A stretch of 58,744 bases of DNA from an uncultured Clostridia bacterium. GTDB lineage: Bacteria; Bacillota; Clostridia; Christensenellales; Aristaeellaceae. Made by a program: the position numbers and the translations under genes. The notes below the pieces were generated by a model. That model saw only the letters and a list, made by a program, of their open reading frames with translations, was not told the DNA's origin and searched no databases. Numbering within the stretch: position 1 is the first letter of the stretch; each line of letters opens with the position of its first letter. The stretch is from positions 1-58,744 of the forward strand of contig CAMMYM010000001.1 in the NCBI GenBank assembly GCA_946527725.1. The letters are read 5' to 3'. Positions 9,598 to 20,353 of this stretch are shown piece after piece.

Positions 9598-12480
9598 ATG
9601 AAATATGCAGAGAAACAGGCAGTTTGCGGATTCCGCGTGCTCCGGGCGGCAGAATCCCGTGAGGCGGGAGGGAATACTTTCCTGCTGGAGCATGAACGCA
9701 CAGGGGCGAAAGTTTTCTGGCTGGACAACGGCGCGGAAAATATGGTTTTTTCGATCACCTTCAGGACACTGCCGGAAGATTCCACCGGTGTCTTCCATAT
9801 CCTTGAACACAGCGTGCTGTGCGGCAGCAGGAAGTATCCCATGAAGGAGCCGTTTGTCGAGCTGCTCAAGAGCAGCATGAACACATTCCTGAACGCGATG
9901 ACGTTCCCGGATATGACGATGTATCCCGTTTCCAGCAGGAATCCGCGGGACCTGATGAACCTGGCAATGGTTTACCTGGACGCGGTGTTTGCACCGCTTG
10001 TGACGGAGGACCGGAAGCGCTTCTGCCAGGAGGGATGCCATATTGACCGGGACGGGGACGGGAACCCGGAGTACAGGGGCGTTGTGTTCAATGAAATGAA
10101 AGGGTCCATGAGTGATACGGAATCGCTGATTGACCGGGAACTCGACGCCATGCTTTTTCCGGATACCAGCTATGGCTTCAACAGCGGCGGTGATCCCGAA
10201 GAAATCCCGGACCTGACATACGAACGGTTCCGGGCGCAGTATGAGCGGTGCTACCATCCGTCCAATGCATATGTTTACCTGGACGGGGCAGTACCCATGG
10301 ATGAGATGCTGCCGCTGCTGGACTCATACTTTTCCTCCTATGAACGCCGCAACGAAAACCCGGCGTTCACCATGCAGCAGCCCCGCGGATCTGAAAAAAC
10401 GATCTTCTACGAGCTTGGCCGGGAGGAAGAACCGGAAAACAAGGGATATCTGACCATCGCCAGGATTACCGGCACATGGAAGGACCGCGCGGAAAACATG
10501 GCGCGGGCTATTATCTGCGATGTCCTTACAGGCAGCAATGACGCGCCGCTGAAGCGCGCTGTGCTCGAACGCGGGCTGGCCAGCGACCTGAACCTTTCTG
10601 TGGATGATACAGGACTGCAGAGCTGGACAGCCATTCATGCGGAACACGTGGCAGACGGCAGGGAGGAAGAGATTCTCAGCCTCCTGCAGGAAACAGGCCT
10701 GGAGATCAAACGGAACGGCCTGGACCGCGGAGCAGTCGAGGCATCCATGAACCGGGCAGTATATCATTTGCGCGAGGAGGAAGAACCGCAGGGAATCGGC
10801 AGGTGTATACGCTGCATGGGCACTTGGCTGTACGGCGGGGAGCCGGAGGAAGCGCTGATGCCGGAAAATATGGTACGGCGTGTACAGGAGTACCTGGCAG
10901 ACGGAACGTTTGACCGGCTGGCGGAGGATATGCTGCTGAACCGGGAGAATGCGGTGATCCTGCATACGAAGCCTTCCAGGACTGCAGGGGACGAAAAACG
11001 CCGGAAAGAAGAGGAAAAAATCAGGAGCACCCTCGCCGGGATGACAGAGGCTGAACAGGCGGAAACGTTCAGCTTTGCCGAAGAGATCGCACGGTGGCAG
11101 GAAGAACCTGACCGCGAAGAAGACCTGGCAACGCTGCCGCTCCTGAAACGGGAAGATGCGGACGTCGCTCCTGAATGGATTGAAACGGAAACGGAGACCG
11201 TTCACGGAGCCAGGATCCTGGTTCACCGGCTGCCGTGCAACGGCGTGGTTCACCTGCGCGCTTATTTTTCCATGACAGACCTGACGCTGGATGAGCTTAC
11301 GCGCGCCTCCCTTTTTGCCGGAATGCTGGGGAGACTACCGACGAAGAAATATGATGCGCTTCGGCTGCAGCAGGAAATCCGGAGATATACAGGGAGCCTT
11401 GGGTTTACGGTCGTTCCGAGGTCACGGGCGGGGGATGAGGAAGCCTGCACGCCTTACCTGGTCGCCTTTGCCAGTGCGCTGGAAGAAAACGCTGAAAAAG
11501 CACAGGAACTGCTCGCGGAAGTGCTCCTGAACACGCTGGTCAAAGGGCAGGAAGAACGGATCACCGAAATGATGGTCCAGAACGAAATCGGATCAAGACA
11601 GAGGATTGTCGCTGCCGGCCACCTGGTTGCCGTGAAGAAATGCCTGAGTATTTACAGCGCGGAAGGCGCTGTAAAAAATGCGCTGGACGGAGACCGGGCG
11701 GTCCGGTATATCCATGCTTTTTCACAGAACCCGGATGCCATGATGGATGAATTCAAGGATACCGCCGAAAAGATCATCGGCGGGACGGTATGTACTTCGC
11801 GGATGACGCTAAGCGTGACATCCGGCGACGGAAAACTGCCGGAAATCCTGGCAGGCGCCTTTCCGCAGGGAACACCCGACCCGGATAAAGCCGCATACCG
11901 GGAAGAAGCAGCTGCTGCAACCGGATTCAGGATCCCCGCACAGACCGGATTCGCTGCCAGGGGATACAGGCTCAGCCGCTGCGGAAAAGCATTCTGCGGA
12001 TCCTTGTGGCTTGCTGGAAGCATCCTGAGCCTCGATTACCTTTGGAACAGGGTGCGGGTCCAGGGCGGCGCCTACGGTGCCGGCATGCAAATCGACAGGT
12101 CCGGGAATGTTTACTCTTATTCGTACCGCGATCCAACGCCCGGGAAAACGCTGCTTGCGGACGGCGAAGCCGCCGGTTTCCTGCGCAGTTTCGCGGAAAA
12201 CGGCGATGTCCTGGACGGATACATCATCGCAGCGCTGAACGAACTGAATCCGCTGCTGTCCCCGCGGGACAAGGGCGCCCTTGCGGACTCCCGCCTGATG
12301 ACAGGTTATACGAGGGAAGAAAGCGAACGGATCCGGAAGGAAGTGCTGAACACGACGCCGGCGCAGCTTGCGGCCTGCGGAGAATGGCTGGACCGGTTTG
12401 CTGCGGAAGGTACCGTTTGCGTCGTTGCGCACGGAGACGCCCTGAACCAGTGCAGCGGATTTGAAATCAGTGACCTGTAA
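9598..12480 (+). CDS. Insulinase-family M16C metallopeptidase (presequence protease-like)
   Basis: Inverted zincin HILEHSVLCGS, FLNAMTFPD, GVVFNEMKG, RVQGGAYG, YSYRDP; start at ATG 9598, downstream of TTGACA-N16-TAAAAT (9533-9560). Confidence 0.92.
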   Translation: MKYAEKQAVCGFRVLRAAESREAGGNTFLLEHERTGAKVFWLDNGAENMVFSITFRTLPEDSTGVFHILEHSVLCGSRKYPMKEPFVELLKSSMNTFLNAMTFPDMTMYPVSSRNPRDLMNLAMVYLDAVFAPLVTEDRKRFCQEGCHIDRDGDGNPEYRGVVFNEMKGSMSDTESLIDRELDAMLFPDTSYGFNSGGDPEEIPDLTYERFRAQYERCYHPSNAYVYLDGAVPMDEMLPLLDSYFSSYERRNENPAFTMQQPRGSEKTIFYELGREEEPENKGYLTIARITGTWKDRAENMARAIICDVLTGSNDAPLKRAVLERGLASDLNLSVDDTGLQSWTAIHAEHVADGREEEILSLLQETGLEIKRNGLDRGAVEASMNRAVYHLREEEEPQGIGRCIRCMGTWLYGGEPEEALMPENMVRRVQEYLADGTFDRLAEDMLLNRENAVILHTKPSRTAGDEKRRKEEEKIRSTLAGMTEAEQAETFSFAEEIARWQEEPDREEDLATLPLLKREDADVAPEWIETETETVHGARILVHRLPCNGVVHLRAYFSMTDLTLDELTRASLFAGMLGRLPTKKYDALRLQQEIRRYTGSLGFTVVPRSRAGDEEACTPYLVAFASALEENAEKAQELLAEVLLNTLVKGQEERITEMMVQNEIGSRQRIVAAGHLVAVKKCLSIYSAEGAVKNALDGDRAVRYIHAFSQNPDAMMDEFKDTAEKIIGGTVCTSRMTLSVTSGDGKLPEILAGAFPQGTPDPDKAAYREEAAAATGFRIPAQTGFAARGYRLSRCGKAFCGSLWLAGSILSLDYLWNRVRVQGGAYGAGMQIDRSGNVYSYSYRDPTPGKTLLADGEAAGFLRSFAENGDVLDGYIIAALNELNPLLSPRDKGALADSRLMTGYTREESERIRKEVLNTTPAQLAACGEWLDRFAAEGTVCVVAHGDALNQCSGFEISDL

Positions 12481-12508
12481 ATACCTGTGCAGCAGGGAGG
12501 GTGGAATC

Positions 12509-13486
12509 ATGAAACGGATCATATGCGTGGCAGCGTCAATGCTGCTTTGCATGATGCTGGCGTCCTGCAGCAGGCAGCCGGAAACGGAAAACAACCCGGG
12601 GTCTGTTGTTGTCGGCTTTTCACAGCTCGGCGCGGAAAGCTCCTGGCGTATTGCCAATACAGCGAGCATGGAGGATGCTGCAAAAGACGCCGGGTTCGGC
12701 CTGATGATGGAAAATGCGAACCAGAAGCAGGAAAAGCAGATTGACGCGATCCGGTCGTTTATCGCATACCAGGTGGATGTGATCGTGTTTTCACCGATTG
12801 TAGAAAACGGATGGGACAACGTGCTGCATGAGGCGAAAAAAGCGGGTATTCCGGTCATCCTCATGGACAGGATGATTGAAACGGAGGAAAAGGACCTGTA
12901 TACCGCTTATGTCGGCGCTGACTTTTACGCGGAAGGCAGGCGGGCAGGGGAATTCCTGCTGCAAAAAGCAGATGCGATGAAAGCAGAACACCTGAACATC
13001 GCTGAAATCAGCGGAACAATCGATTCCACACCGATGCGGGAACGCCAGCGCGGATTCATGGATGTGATCGGCGGTGATCCGCGTTTCACCGTCATCGACA
13101 GCATCAGCGGTGACTTCCTCCGCTCCAAGGGCGAGGAATGCGCCCGGCAGCTGCTGGATCAGTACGGCGTCGGAGGGATCGATGTCATCTACTCGCATAA
13201 CGATTCAATGACCCTTGGTGTCCTCGATGTGCTTGAAAAGCAGGATATCAAACCGGGAAAGGACATTGTCCTGATTACCGTGGACGGCGAAAAAGAAGCT
13301 GTGGATGCCCTGAAAGCCGGAAAAGTCAATTGTGTTGTCCAGTGTACACCGAACCTCGGGAAAGCAGTGATGGAACTCGTAAAGAAGCTGAAAAGCGGAG
13401 AACATGTCGCGGGAACATATCATCCGGAGGAAGGTATGTTCACGGAATTTGACGATCTGAGCAATCCGGCTGTGGAGGGATTCTGA
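12509..13486 (+). CDS. Sugar-binding lipoprotein (YtfQ-like), probably the sensing SBP of the adjacent two-component system
   Basis: Lipobox LASC; VGFSQLGAESSWRIANT; 1 bp upstream of the kinase gene. Confidence 0.88.
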   Translation: MKRIICVAASMLLCMMLASCSRQPETENNPGSVVVGFSQLGAESSWRIANTASMEDAAKDAGFGLMMENANQKQEKQIDAIRSFIAYQVDVIVFSPIVENGWDNVLHEAKKAGIPVILMDRMIETEEKDLYTAYVGADFYAEGRRAGEFLLQKADAMKAEHLNIAEISGTIDSTPMRERQRGFMDVIGGDPRFTVIDSISGDFLRSKGEECARQLLDQYGVGGIDVIYSHNDSMTLGVLDVLEKQDIKPGKDIVLITVDGEKEAVDALKAGKVNCVVQCTPNLGKAVMELVKKLKSGEHVAGTYHPEEGMFTEFDDLSNPAVEGF

Positions 13487-13487
13487 G

Positions 13488-14942
13488 ATGCGGCAAAGCA
13501 GACTGACCAGTATCACGTCGCAGATTCGCATGTCGCTCAATTCCGTGGCACTTCTGCTGACAATCCCGGCCGTGATCGGCATTGCAGTCATGCTGGTTTA
13601 TTCTTCACGGACACAGGCGATGATCCGGCGGATGAGCACGGCAGCCGGCATGAAGCCTGCGCTGGAAAGCACAATCGCTGAGAACCTTTTTTCAGTGGCT
13701 GCCGGCAGAATCGCATTTGAAGAAAGCAATGCTGAAGAGCTGATTGCAGAAACAGATAAGACACTGGATATGCTGCTGAACGAAACGAGGGGCAGCGGGC
13801 ACCTTCAGCTGACCATCGCACGCCGGACCATGGATACGATGGAACAATATGCACTCAGGGTACGCGACGGGATGGCTGCGGGAGAACCGATCAGCAGCAT
13901 TGAACAGATTGTTGACGAAGTCCGCGGTGTCGGCCGCCTGGTCACGGATATGCTGGATGCATTTACAACGGAAGAAATTGCGAATGCCGCAGTGGTCAAC
14001 CGGCAGGCGCGGACAACAGTTGCAATCGCTGTTATTACAGAAATCTTGCTGCTGCTTTTCGCCTACCTGAGGACCGGAAGGGAAACGCGGAAACTGACGG
14101 AGTCCATTCATTCTTCTATATACACACTGGAGGAAACTGTACGCAGGATTGCTGAGGGAAACTTTGCAGACCGCGTCCGCGGCATGGACGTGGAGGAGCT
14201 GCGCGAACTCGGCGAGCATGTCAATCAGATGGCGGATCGGCTGGAAACTTTGATTACTCAGATACGCCAGAACCAGGAGCACCTCTCTAGGGCAGAGCTG
14301 CGTACGCTTCAGGCGCAGATCAATCCGCATTTCCTTTACAACACACTGGATACGATTGTCTGGCAAGCTGAATCCGGAAAGGCTGAGGAGGTTGTCCGGC
14401 TGACCAGGAACCTGAGTGATTTCTTCCGGATCTCACTTTCCTCAGGTGCGGATTGGATTCCTGTCAGCCAGGAACTGAAGCATGTATCTGCTTATCTGAA
14501 CATCCAGAAAACACGGTACAGAGACATCCTGGACTATGAAGTTGCCCAGCCGGAGGGGCTTGATGAAGTATATATGCTGAAACTCCTGCTGCAGCCGCTC
14601 GTCGAGAATGCTTTGTACCATGGGATCAAGAATAAACGCGGCGGCGGGAAAATAACAGTATCCGTGCGGCATGAGCGCGGCATGATGTTTTTTGCTGTGA
14701 AAGACAACGGAAAAGGGATGTCCCCGGAATTGATTTCCCGGATTGAAGCAATGCTGAAGGAAGAACCGTCAACCGTCCAGGCAATGGAACCGGGGATGCA
14801 CTCCGGCTTCGGGCTGCGAAATGTGGACATGCGCATCAGACTGTATTATCATAAGACGAGAGGAATAACACTGAAATCAGGAAAAGAAGGAACGGAAGTA
14901 TCCTTTACGATACCGATCCGAACCAGAGAGGAGATTGAGTAA
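13488..14942 (+). CDS. YesM/LytS-type sensor histidine kinase
   Basis: Two TM segments, HAMP, LQAQINPHFLYNTL, QPLVENALYHG, DNGKG, GFGLRNV. Confidence 0.93.
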   Translation: MRQSRLTSITSQIRMSLNSVALLLTIPAVIGIAVMLVYSSRTQAMIRRMSTAAGMKPALESTIAENLFSVAAGRIAFEESNAEELIAETDKTLDMLLNETRGSGHLQLTIARRTMDTMEQYALRVRDGMAAGEPISSIEQIVDEVRGVGRLVTDMLDAFTTEEIANAAVVNRQARTTVAIAVITEILLLLFAYLRTGRETRKLTESIHSSIYTLEETVRRIAEGNFADRVRGMDVEELRELGEHVNQMADRLETLITQIRQNQEHLSRAELRTLQAQINPHFLYNTLDTIVWQAESGKAEEVVRLTRNLSDFFRISLSSGADWIPVSQELKHVSAYLNIQKTRYRDILDYEVAQPEGLDEVYMLKLLLQPLVENALYHGIKNKRGGGKITVSVRHERGMMFFAVKDNGKGMSPELISRIEAMLKEEPSTVQAMEPGMHSGFGLRNVDMRIRLYYHKTRGITLKSGKEGTEVSFTIPIRTREEIE

Positions 14943-16538
14943 GTGACAGCGGATTCACTCATAAAGGTTTTTCTGGTGGATGATGAGATATCCATCCGCG
15001 AAAACCTGCGAAACTCTTTCCCCTGGGAAGAAAAAGGGTACCAGCTTGTCGGGGAGGCACCGGACGGAGAAATGGCGCTTCCGATGCTCCGGGATCTCAA
15101 TGCCGACATATTGCTTACAGACATTCGTATGCCGTTTATGGACGGTATGAAACTCTGCGAAGAAGTCCAGAGAACCATGCCATGGGTGGAACGCATCATT
15201 CTTTCGGGATATGACGACTTTGTCTATGCACAGAAAGCCATATCATTCGGCGTCAGTGAATACCTCCTGAAACCTGTGACGTCAAAAGAACTGGAAGAAG
15301 CCCTGAACCGTGTGCGCCAGAGGATCACAGAAAAGCGCAAAGAACAGGAAAACCTTTCTGCGCTTCAGGAACGCGTTTCTTCGGGTAATCAGTTCCTGCG
15401 CGACAAGCTGCTGGCTTCATTGTTTACGGATGAAGGAGACCCGGACGATGATGATGCGCTGCGCAGGCAGATGCGGGATCTTGGTGTCAACCTGACAGCA
15501 GGGTGCTATACAGTTGTAGATATCGCTTTTGACGCAGAAGGCGAGAAACGTATTGCGTGCAGGAATGCATTGACCGCACTGGCAGATATGAGCGGCGGCA
15601 GCACTTTCGTATGCGCTTCCCCCAAGGGCGCAAGAGCCCTGGTGCTGGGAGACAACCCGGATGACGCAGAAGAACGGGCATACTCTTTTGCCAACTCTGC
15701 AGTGCACCTGCCTGAGCTTTCACGGAATACAGGCTTGCTGATCGGTGTGGGGGAAACCGTAAATGATTTTCATGATATCCGCAAATCCATGCGTTCTGCA
15801 CGTCACGCACGCCATCTCCTTGCGGCAGAAGGCACACCCGGACGGCATGTGATCGGGGCCAACGAGGAAGAGGGCAGGCAAACGCTGCTGACAGAAGCCG
15901 ATCTCAGCCCCTTGTATGAACGGCTGCAGTACGCGTCAGGTGAAAATGTGGAAGCAATCCTGACGGAGTATACGGAATCAATGGAACGGGATATCGCGCT
16001 TGGTTACCTCCGCGTAGCAGCTTTGCTGGCAGCCCGGAAGATCATTCATGAGGCTTCTGGGCATACCCGCGACGTACTCAGCGAGGAGCAGATATCCGAA
16101 GCCCTGCATACGGAGGGAGAAGCCGGATTCCATATGCTGGCCGAACTGATCCGCAAAGCGATCGCATTCCGGGACCAGAGCGGAAAAGGATACGGGAACA
16201 CTGCGGTCAGCAAAGCGAGGGATTACCTTTCCAGGAATTATTCCAACCCGAACCTGATGCTGCAGGACGTCGCCGGCGAGGTACATATGTCCCAGAGCCG
16301 TTTTTCGACGGTTTTTGCACAGGAAACAGGTATTACCTTTACGCAGTATCTGACGGGGCTGCGAATCGGCAAGGCGAAAGAAATGCTTGAGGGCACCGAT
16401 ATCCGTTCCGTGCAGATTGCGCAGGATGTCGGGTACAATGATTCGCACTATTTCAGCTACCTTTTCAAGAAAACGACAGGCATGACGCCGGGTGAATACC
16501 GCAGGAACTACCAGGAGAAAAAAAACAAACCTGAATAA
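14943..16538 (+). CDS. YesN-type response regulator (receiver + AraC HTH)
   Basis: LVDDE, TDIRMPFMDG, YLLKPV; C-terminal VGYNDSHYFSYLFKKTTGMTPGEYR. Confidence 0.94.
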   Translation: MTADSLIKVFLVDDEISIRENLRNSFPWEEKGYQLVGEAPDGEMALPMLRDLNADILLTDIRMPFMDGMKLCEEVQRTMPWVERIILSGYDDFVYAQKAISFGVSEYLLKPVTSKELEEALNRVRQRITEKRKEQENLSALQERVSSGNQFLRDKLLASLFTDEGDPDDDDALRRQMRDLGVNLTAGCYTVVDIAFDAEGEKRIACRNALTALADMSGGSTFVCASPKGARALVLGDNPDDAEERAYSFANSAVHLPELSRNTGLLIGVGETVNDFHDIRKSMRSARHARHLLAAEGTPGRHVIGANEEEGRQTLLTEADLSPLYERLQYASGENVEAILTEYTESMERDIALGYLRVAALLAARKIIHEASGHTRDVLSEEQISEALHTEGEAGFHMLAELIRKAIAFRDQSGKGYGNTAVSKARDYLSRNYSNPNLMLQDVAGEVHMSQSRFSTVFAQETGITFTQYLTGLRIGKAKEMLEGTDIRSVQIAQDVGYNDSHYFSYLFKKTTGMTPGEYRRNYQEKKNKPE

Positions 16539-16689
16539 AAAAATACTGTACTGTTTTCATAACAATCATCATCAGAATGGAAAAATATCAACCAAAAACG
16601 AAATCCTCTGCATTTTATGTGCAGGGGGTTTCGTTTATACTACAGATAACAAAAAGGCATACAATGCCAAAAAATGGAGGAGAAGAACC

Positions 16690-17661
16690 ATGAAGAAAAT
16701 TATTGCTCTGGTAATCGCTCTGGCTCTGTGCCTGACCGTGTTCACCGTCTTTGCGGATGAAGCGAAGGTCATCAAAGTCGGCATCGTCAACAACCCGCCG
16801 TCTGAATCCGGATACCGTGAAGCCAACGTTAAGAACTTTGAAGAGGTCTTCTCTGCCGAGAACGGCTATGAGACCAAGACCGCTTACAGCCTGAAGAACG
16901 ATGAACAGCTGAACGCTGCCCGCCAGTTCATCACCGACGGCGTTGACTACCTGCTGATCTCCGCTGCTGAGACCACCGGTTGGGAAGCTGTCCTGAAAGA
17001 TGCCCAGGAACAGGGTATCGGCGTCTTCCTCTTTGACCGTATGATCGACTGTGATCCCAGCCTGTACCTGGCTGCCGTCGTTTCCGACATGGCGCAGGAA
17101 GGCGAGACCGCTGTGAATTGGCTGCTGGCCCAGAACCTCGAGAAGTATGAAGTGATCCATATTCAGGGTGCCATGGGCAGCGATGCTCAGCTGGGACGTA
17201 CCGGTGCTCTGGATGCGCAGTTCGAAAGCGGCAAGATGACCAAGGTCATCCAGCAGACCGCGACCTGGGACGAAGCAGAAGCCAAGAAGATCGTTGAATC
17301 TGTTATCAATGCAAAGACCCCCTTCAATGTCATCTATGCTGAGAACGACGGTATGGCCAAGGGTGCCGTTGCTGCTCTGGACGATGCCGGCATCACCCAC
17401 GGCGTGGACGGAGATGTGATCGTCATGGGCTTTGACTGCAACAAGTGGGCCCTCCGTGAACTGCTGGCCGGCAAGTGGAACTATGACGGACAGTGCAGCC
17501 CCTTCCAGGCAGCTGTGATCGACCAGATGATCAAGAAGGTTGAAGCCGGTGAAGCAATCGAAGGCCTGAATGAAAAGAACCAGATCATCTCCGTTGAAAA
17601 AGGCTTCGACGCCCGCGAACTCACCGAAGATGACATCGCTACCTACGGCCTGGGTGAATAA
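16690..17661 (+). CDS. Monosaccharide ABC transporter substrate-binding protein
   Basis: Signal peptide; ESGYREAN, LFDR, YAENDGMA, GFD motifs; codon usage typical of a highly expressed gene. Confidence 0.9.
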   Translation: MKKIIALVIALALCLTVFTVFADEAKVIKVGIVNNPPSESGYREANVKNFEEVFSAENGYETKTAYSLKNDEQLNAARQFITDGVDYLLISAAETTGWEAVLKDAQEQGIGVFLFDRMIDCDPSLYLAAVVSDMAQEGETAVNWLLAQNLEKYEVIHIQGAMGSDAQLGRTGALDAQFESGKMTKVIQQTATWDEAEAKKIVESVINAKTPFNVIYAENDGMAKGAVAALDDAGITHGVDGDVIVMGFDCNKWALRELLAGKWNYDGQCSPFQAAVIDQMIKKVEAGEAIEGLNEKNQIISVEKGFDARELTEDDIATYGLGE

Positions 17662-17695
17662 TCAGTTCTTCAGGTATTCAGTTTAAACCGACAGG

Positions 17696-17742
17696 ATGCG
17701 CGGTGCGGAAACATGGAGTAATCTGCGTTCCGCACCGCGCAT
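17696..17742 (+). other. Intra-operon stem-loop after the SBP gene
   Basis: ATGCGCGGTGCGGAA...TTCCGCACCGCGCAT, a 15-bp perfect stem followed by TTT. Confidence 0.8.
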
Positions 17743-17762
17743 TTTAGGAAGGGAGCATTCGG

Positions 17763-19280
17763 ATGGATGACGGAATTGTACTGACCATGCGAGGAATCTA
17801 TAAAACATTTCCTGGAGTAAAAGCCTTGCAGAATGTTGACTTCACACTCCGCAAAGGCGAGATCCATGCCCTCATGGGCGAGAACGGCGCCGGAAAATCC
17901 ACTTTGATCAAAGTGCTTACAGGCGTTTATGAAAAAGATGCCGGTGAGATCTGCGTGGACGGTATTGACGGCGCTGTAACGATCCGTTCTCCACAGGATG
18001 CTCAGGAAAAAGGTATCAGCACGGTTTACCAGGAGATTACATTGTGCCCGAACCTGACGGTAGCTGAAAACATGTATATCGGGCGTGATAAAAGCGCCAC
18101 TGTACATTGGAAAAAAAGGGAACAGGATGCTGATAAACTGCTGAAAAGCCTCGGAATTCCTGCCCGCCCGAAGCAACAGCTCGGTTCATGCTCCCTGGCT
18201 GTCCAGCAGATGGTAGCGATTGCCCGGGCTGTGGATGCGGACTGCAAGGTGCTGATCCTGGATGAACCGACGTCTTCACTGGATGACCACGAAGTAGAAA
18301 TGCTTTTCTCTTTGATGCGGGACCTGAAGAGCCGCGGAGTGGGCATCATCTTCGTCACGCATTTCCTGGAACAGGTTTATGCGGTCAGCGACCGCATTAC
18401 AGTTCTCCGGAACGGCGAACTTGTCGGCGAGTTTGAAGTGCAGAACCTGCCGCAGGTGGAGCTTGTATCCAAAATGATGGGTAAGGACCTGGAAGGACTT
18501 TCGGATCTGGACAAGGAAGGCAGTGCCAATGCGTCGGAAGGCGAAGCTTTCTATGAAGCAAAAGGATTAAGTTCATCTGAAGCGCGTCCGTTTGATTTCC
18601 GAATTGCCAAAGGTGAAGTAAACGGATTTACAGGGCTGCTGGGATCCGGAAGAAGCGAAAGCGTTCGGGCAATCTTCGCAGCCGACCGTATTACGGGCGG
18701 GAAAATCCTGGTGGAAGGGAAAGAGAAAAGCATCACAAAACCGATCCATGCAATGAAAGCAGGAATCGGTTATCTTCCGGAGGATCGCAAACGCGACGGG
18801 ATTATTGCGGATCTTTCTGTCCGTGAAAATATCATCCTGGCGTTGCAGGTCATGAAAGGCTTTTTCCATCCGATGTCCCGGAAGGAAATGGAAAAGTTTG
18901 CGGACGAATACATCAAAACGCTTGAGATCAAGGCAGCCAGCCAGGATGTTCCGATCAAAAGCCTGAGCGGGGGCAACCAGCAGAAAGTAATCCTTGCCCG
19001 CTGGCTGCTGACACATCCGGATTACCTGATCCTTGACGAGCCGACCCGCGGAATTGATGTGGGAACAAAAACAGAAATCCAGCGGCTTGTGCTCAAACTT
19101 GCGGAAGAGGGCATGAGCGTAACCTTTATTTCGTCAGAAATAGAGGAGATGCTGCGGACATGTTCCCGCCTGATTGTCATGCGGGACAGGAAGATCGTCG
19201 GAGAACTGAAAGGCCATGAGTTAACCCAGACAAATGTTATGTATACGATTGCGGGAGGTGAAAAAGAGAATGCCGGCTGA
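17763..19280 (+). CDS. Sugar ABC transporter ATP-binding protein (CUT2, two NBDs)
   Basis: GENGAGKST, ILDEPT twice, LSGGNQQK. Confidence 0.95.
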   Translation: MDDGIVLTMRGIYKTFPGVKALQNVDFTLRKGEIHALMGENGAGKSTLIKVLTGVYEKDAGEICVDGIDGAVTIRSPQDAQEKGISTVYQEITLCPNLTVAENMYIGRDKSATVHWKKREQDADKLLKSLGIPARPKQQLGSCSLAVQQMVAIARAVDADCKVLILDEPTSSLDDHEVEMLFSLMRDLKSRGVGIIFVTHFLEQVYAVSDRITVLRNGELVGEFEVQNLPQVELVSKMMGKDLEGLSDLDKEGSANASEGEAFYEAKGLSSSEARPFDFRIAKGEVNGFTGLLGSGRSESVRAIFAADRITGGKILVEGKEKSITKPIHAMKAGIGYLPEDRKRDGIIADLSVRENIILALQVMKGFFHPMSRKEMEKFADEYIKTLEIKAASQDVPIKSLSGGNQQKVILARWLLTHPDYLILDEPTRGIDVGTKTEIQRLVLKLAEEGMSVTFISSEIEEMLRTCSRLIVMRDRKIVGELKGHELTQTNVMYTIAGGEKENAG

Positions 19281-20352
19281 CAACAGGAATAAGTCAAGCT
19301 CTTTTTTCCAGAAGAATTCTCAGCTTCTGATCCCGTTCGTAGCCATCATAATTCTGGTCATTTTTAACCTGATTCGTGACCCAGGCTTCTTTTCCATTGC
19401 CATTGTCAATAACAACGACGGATATCCCGTGCTGCAAGGCAACCTGGTCAGTATATTCAACGGAGCTTCCGAACTCGCAATCCTCGCGATGGGCATGACG
19501 CTGGTTACAGCTGCATCGGGCGGACAGGATATTTCGGTCGGAGCCCTGGCTGCAATTGCGGGCAGTACGCTGGTAAAAGTGCTGAAGAGCACGGAGACGA
19601 TTACTCCGCTGACAGTGATCCTCGGGATACTTGCATGCTGTGCTGTGGCAATGCTTTTCGGAGCTTTTAACGGAATGCTGGTTTCCGTCTTCAGGATCCA
19701 GCCTATGATTGCAACACTGATCCTGTTTACATGCGGACGCAGTATCGCATACTGGATCAATGGCGGCGCCACACCGACAGTTTCCAGCCCAATCATTACT
19801 GCAATCGGAAGCTTTATACCGGGATGTCCTGTGCCGACGCCGATCCTGATTGTACTCCTGATGGGTATACTGTTCTTCATACTTTTCAGGACGACGACAA
19901 TGGGTCTGTATATCCAGACAGTCGGTATTAACCAGGGGGCTGCAAAACTGAACGGGATTAATCCCGTTGGAATGAAACTGCTTGCCTTCGTTCTGCTCGG
20001 TGTTTGCTGCGCCATGGCGGGGACGATCGGTATGAGCCGCCTGAGCCTGATCAACCATGAAACATTGCTGCTGAATGTGGAAATGGATGCGATCCTTGCC
20101 GTTGCGATCGGAGGCAACAATCTGGGCGGCGGCAAATTCAATATGATCGGATCTGTGATGGGCGCTTATGCAATTCAGGCACTGACCATTACCTTGTACG
20201 CAATGAAAGTTCCCTCGACGGATGTGAAAGCCTACAAGGCAATTGTGATCATCCTGCTGGTTGTCATTGGTTCACCTGTTGTGAAGGATGCCTTCCAAAA
20301 AATGAAGAACAGGAACGGCAGGAGGATGCTGGCCAGGAAGGAGGCGACCTGA
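19270..20352 (+). CDS. Sugar ABC transporter permease (YtfT-like)
   Basis: GGQDISVGA, IQPMIATL, DAILAVAIGG. Confidence 0.92.
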   Translation: MPADNRNKSSSFFQKNSQLLIPFVAIIILVIFNLIRDPGFFSIAIVNNNDGYPVLQGNLVSIFNGASELAILAMGMTLVTAASGGQDISVGALAAIAGSTLVKVLKSTETITPLTVILGILACCAVAMLFGAFNGMLVSVFRIQPMIATLILFTCGRSIAYWINGGATPTVSSPIITAIGSFIPGCPVPTPILIVLLMGILFFILFRTTTMGLYIQTVGINQGAAKLNGINPVGMKLLAFVLLGVCCAMAGTIGMSRLSLINHETLLLNVEMDAILAVAIGGNNLGGGKFNMIGSVMGAYAIQALTITLYAMKVPSTDVKAYKAIVIILLVVIGSPVVKDAFQKMKNRNGRRMLARKEAT

Positions 20353-20353
20353 A

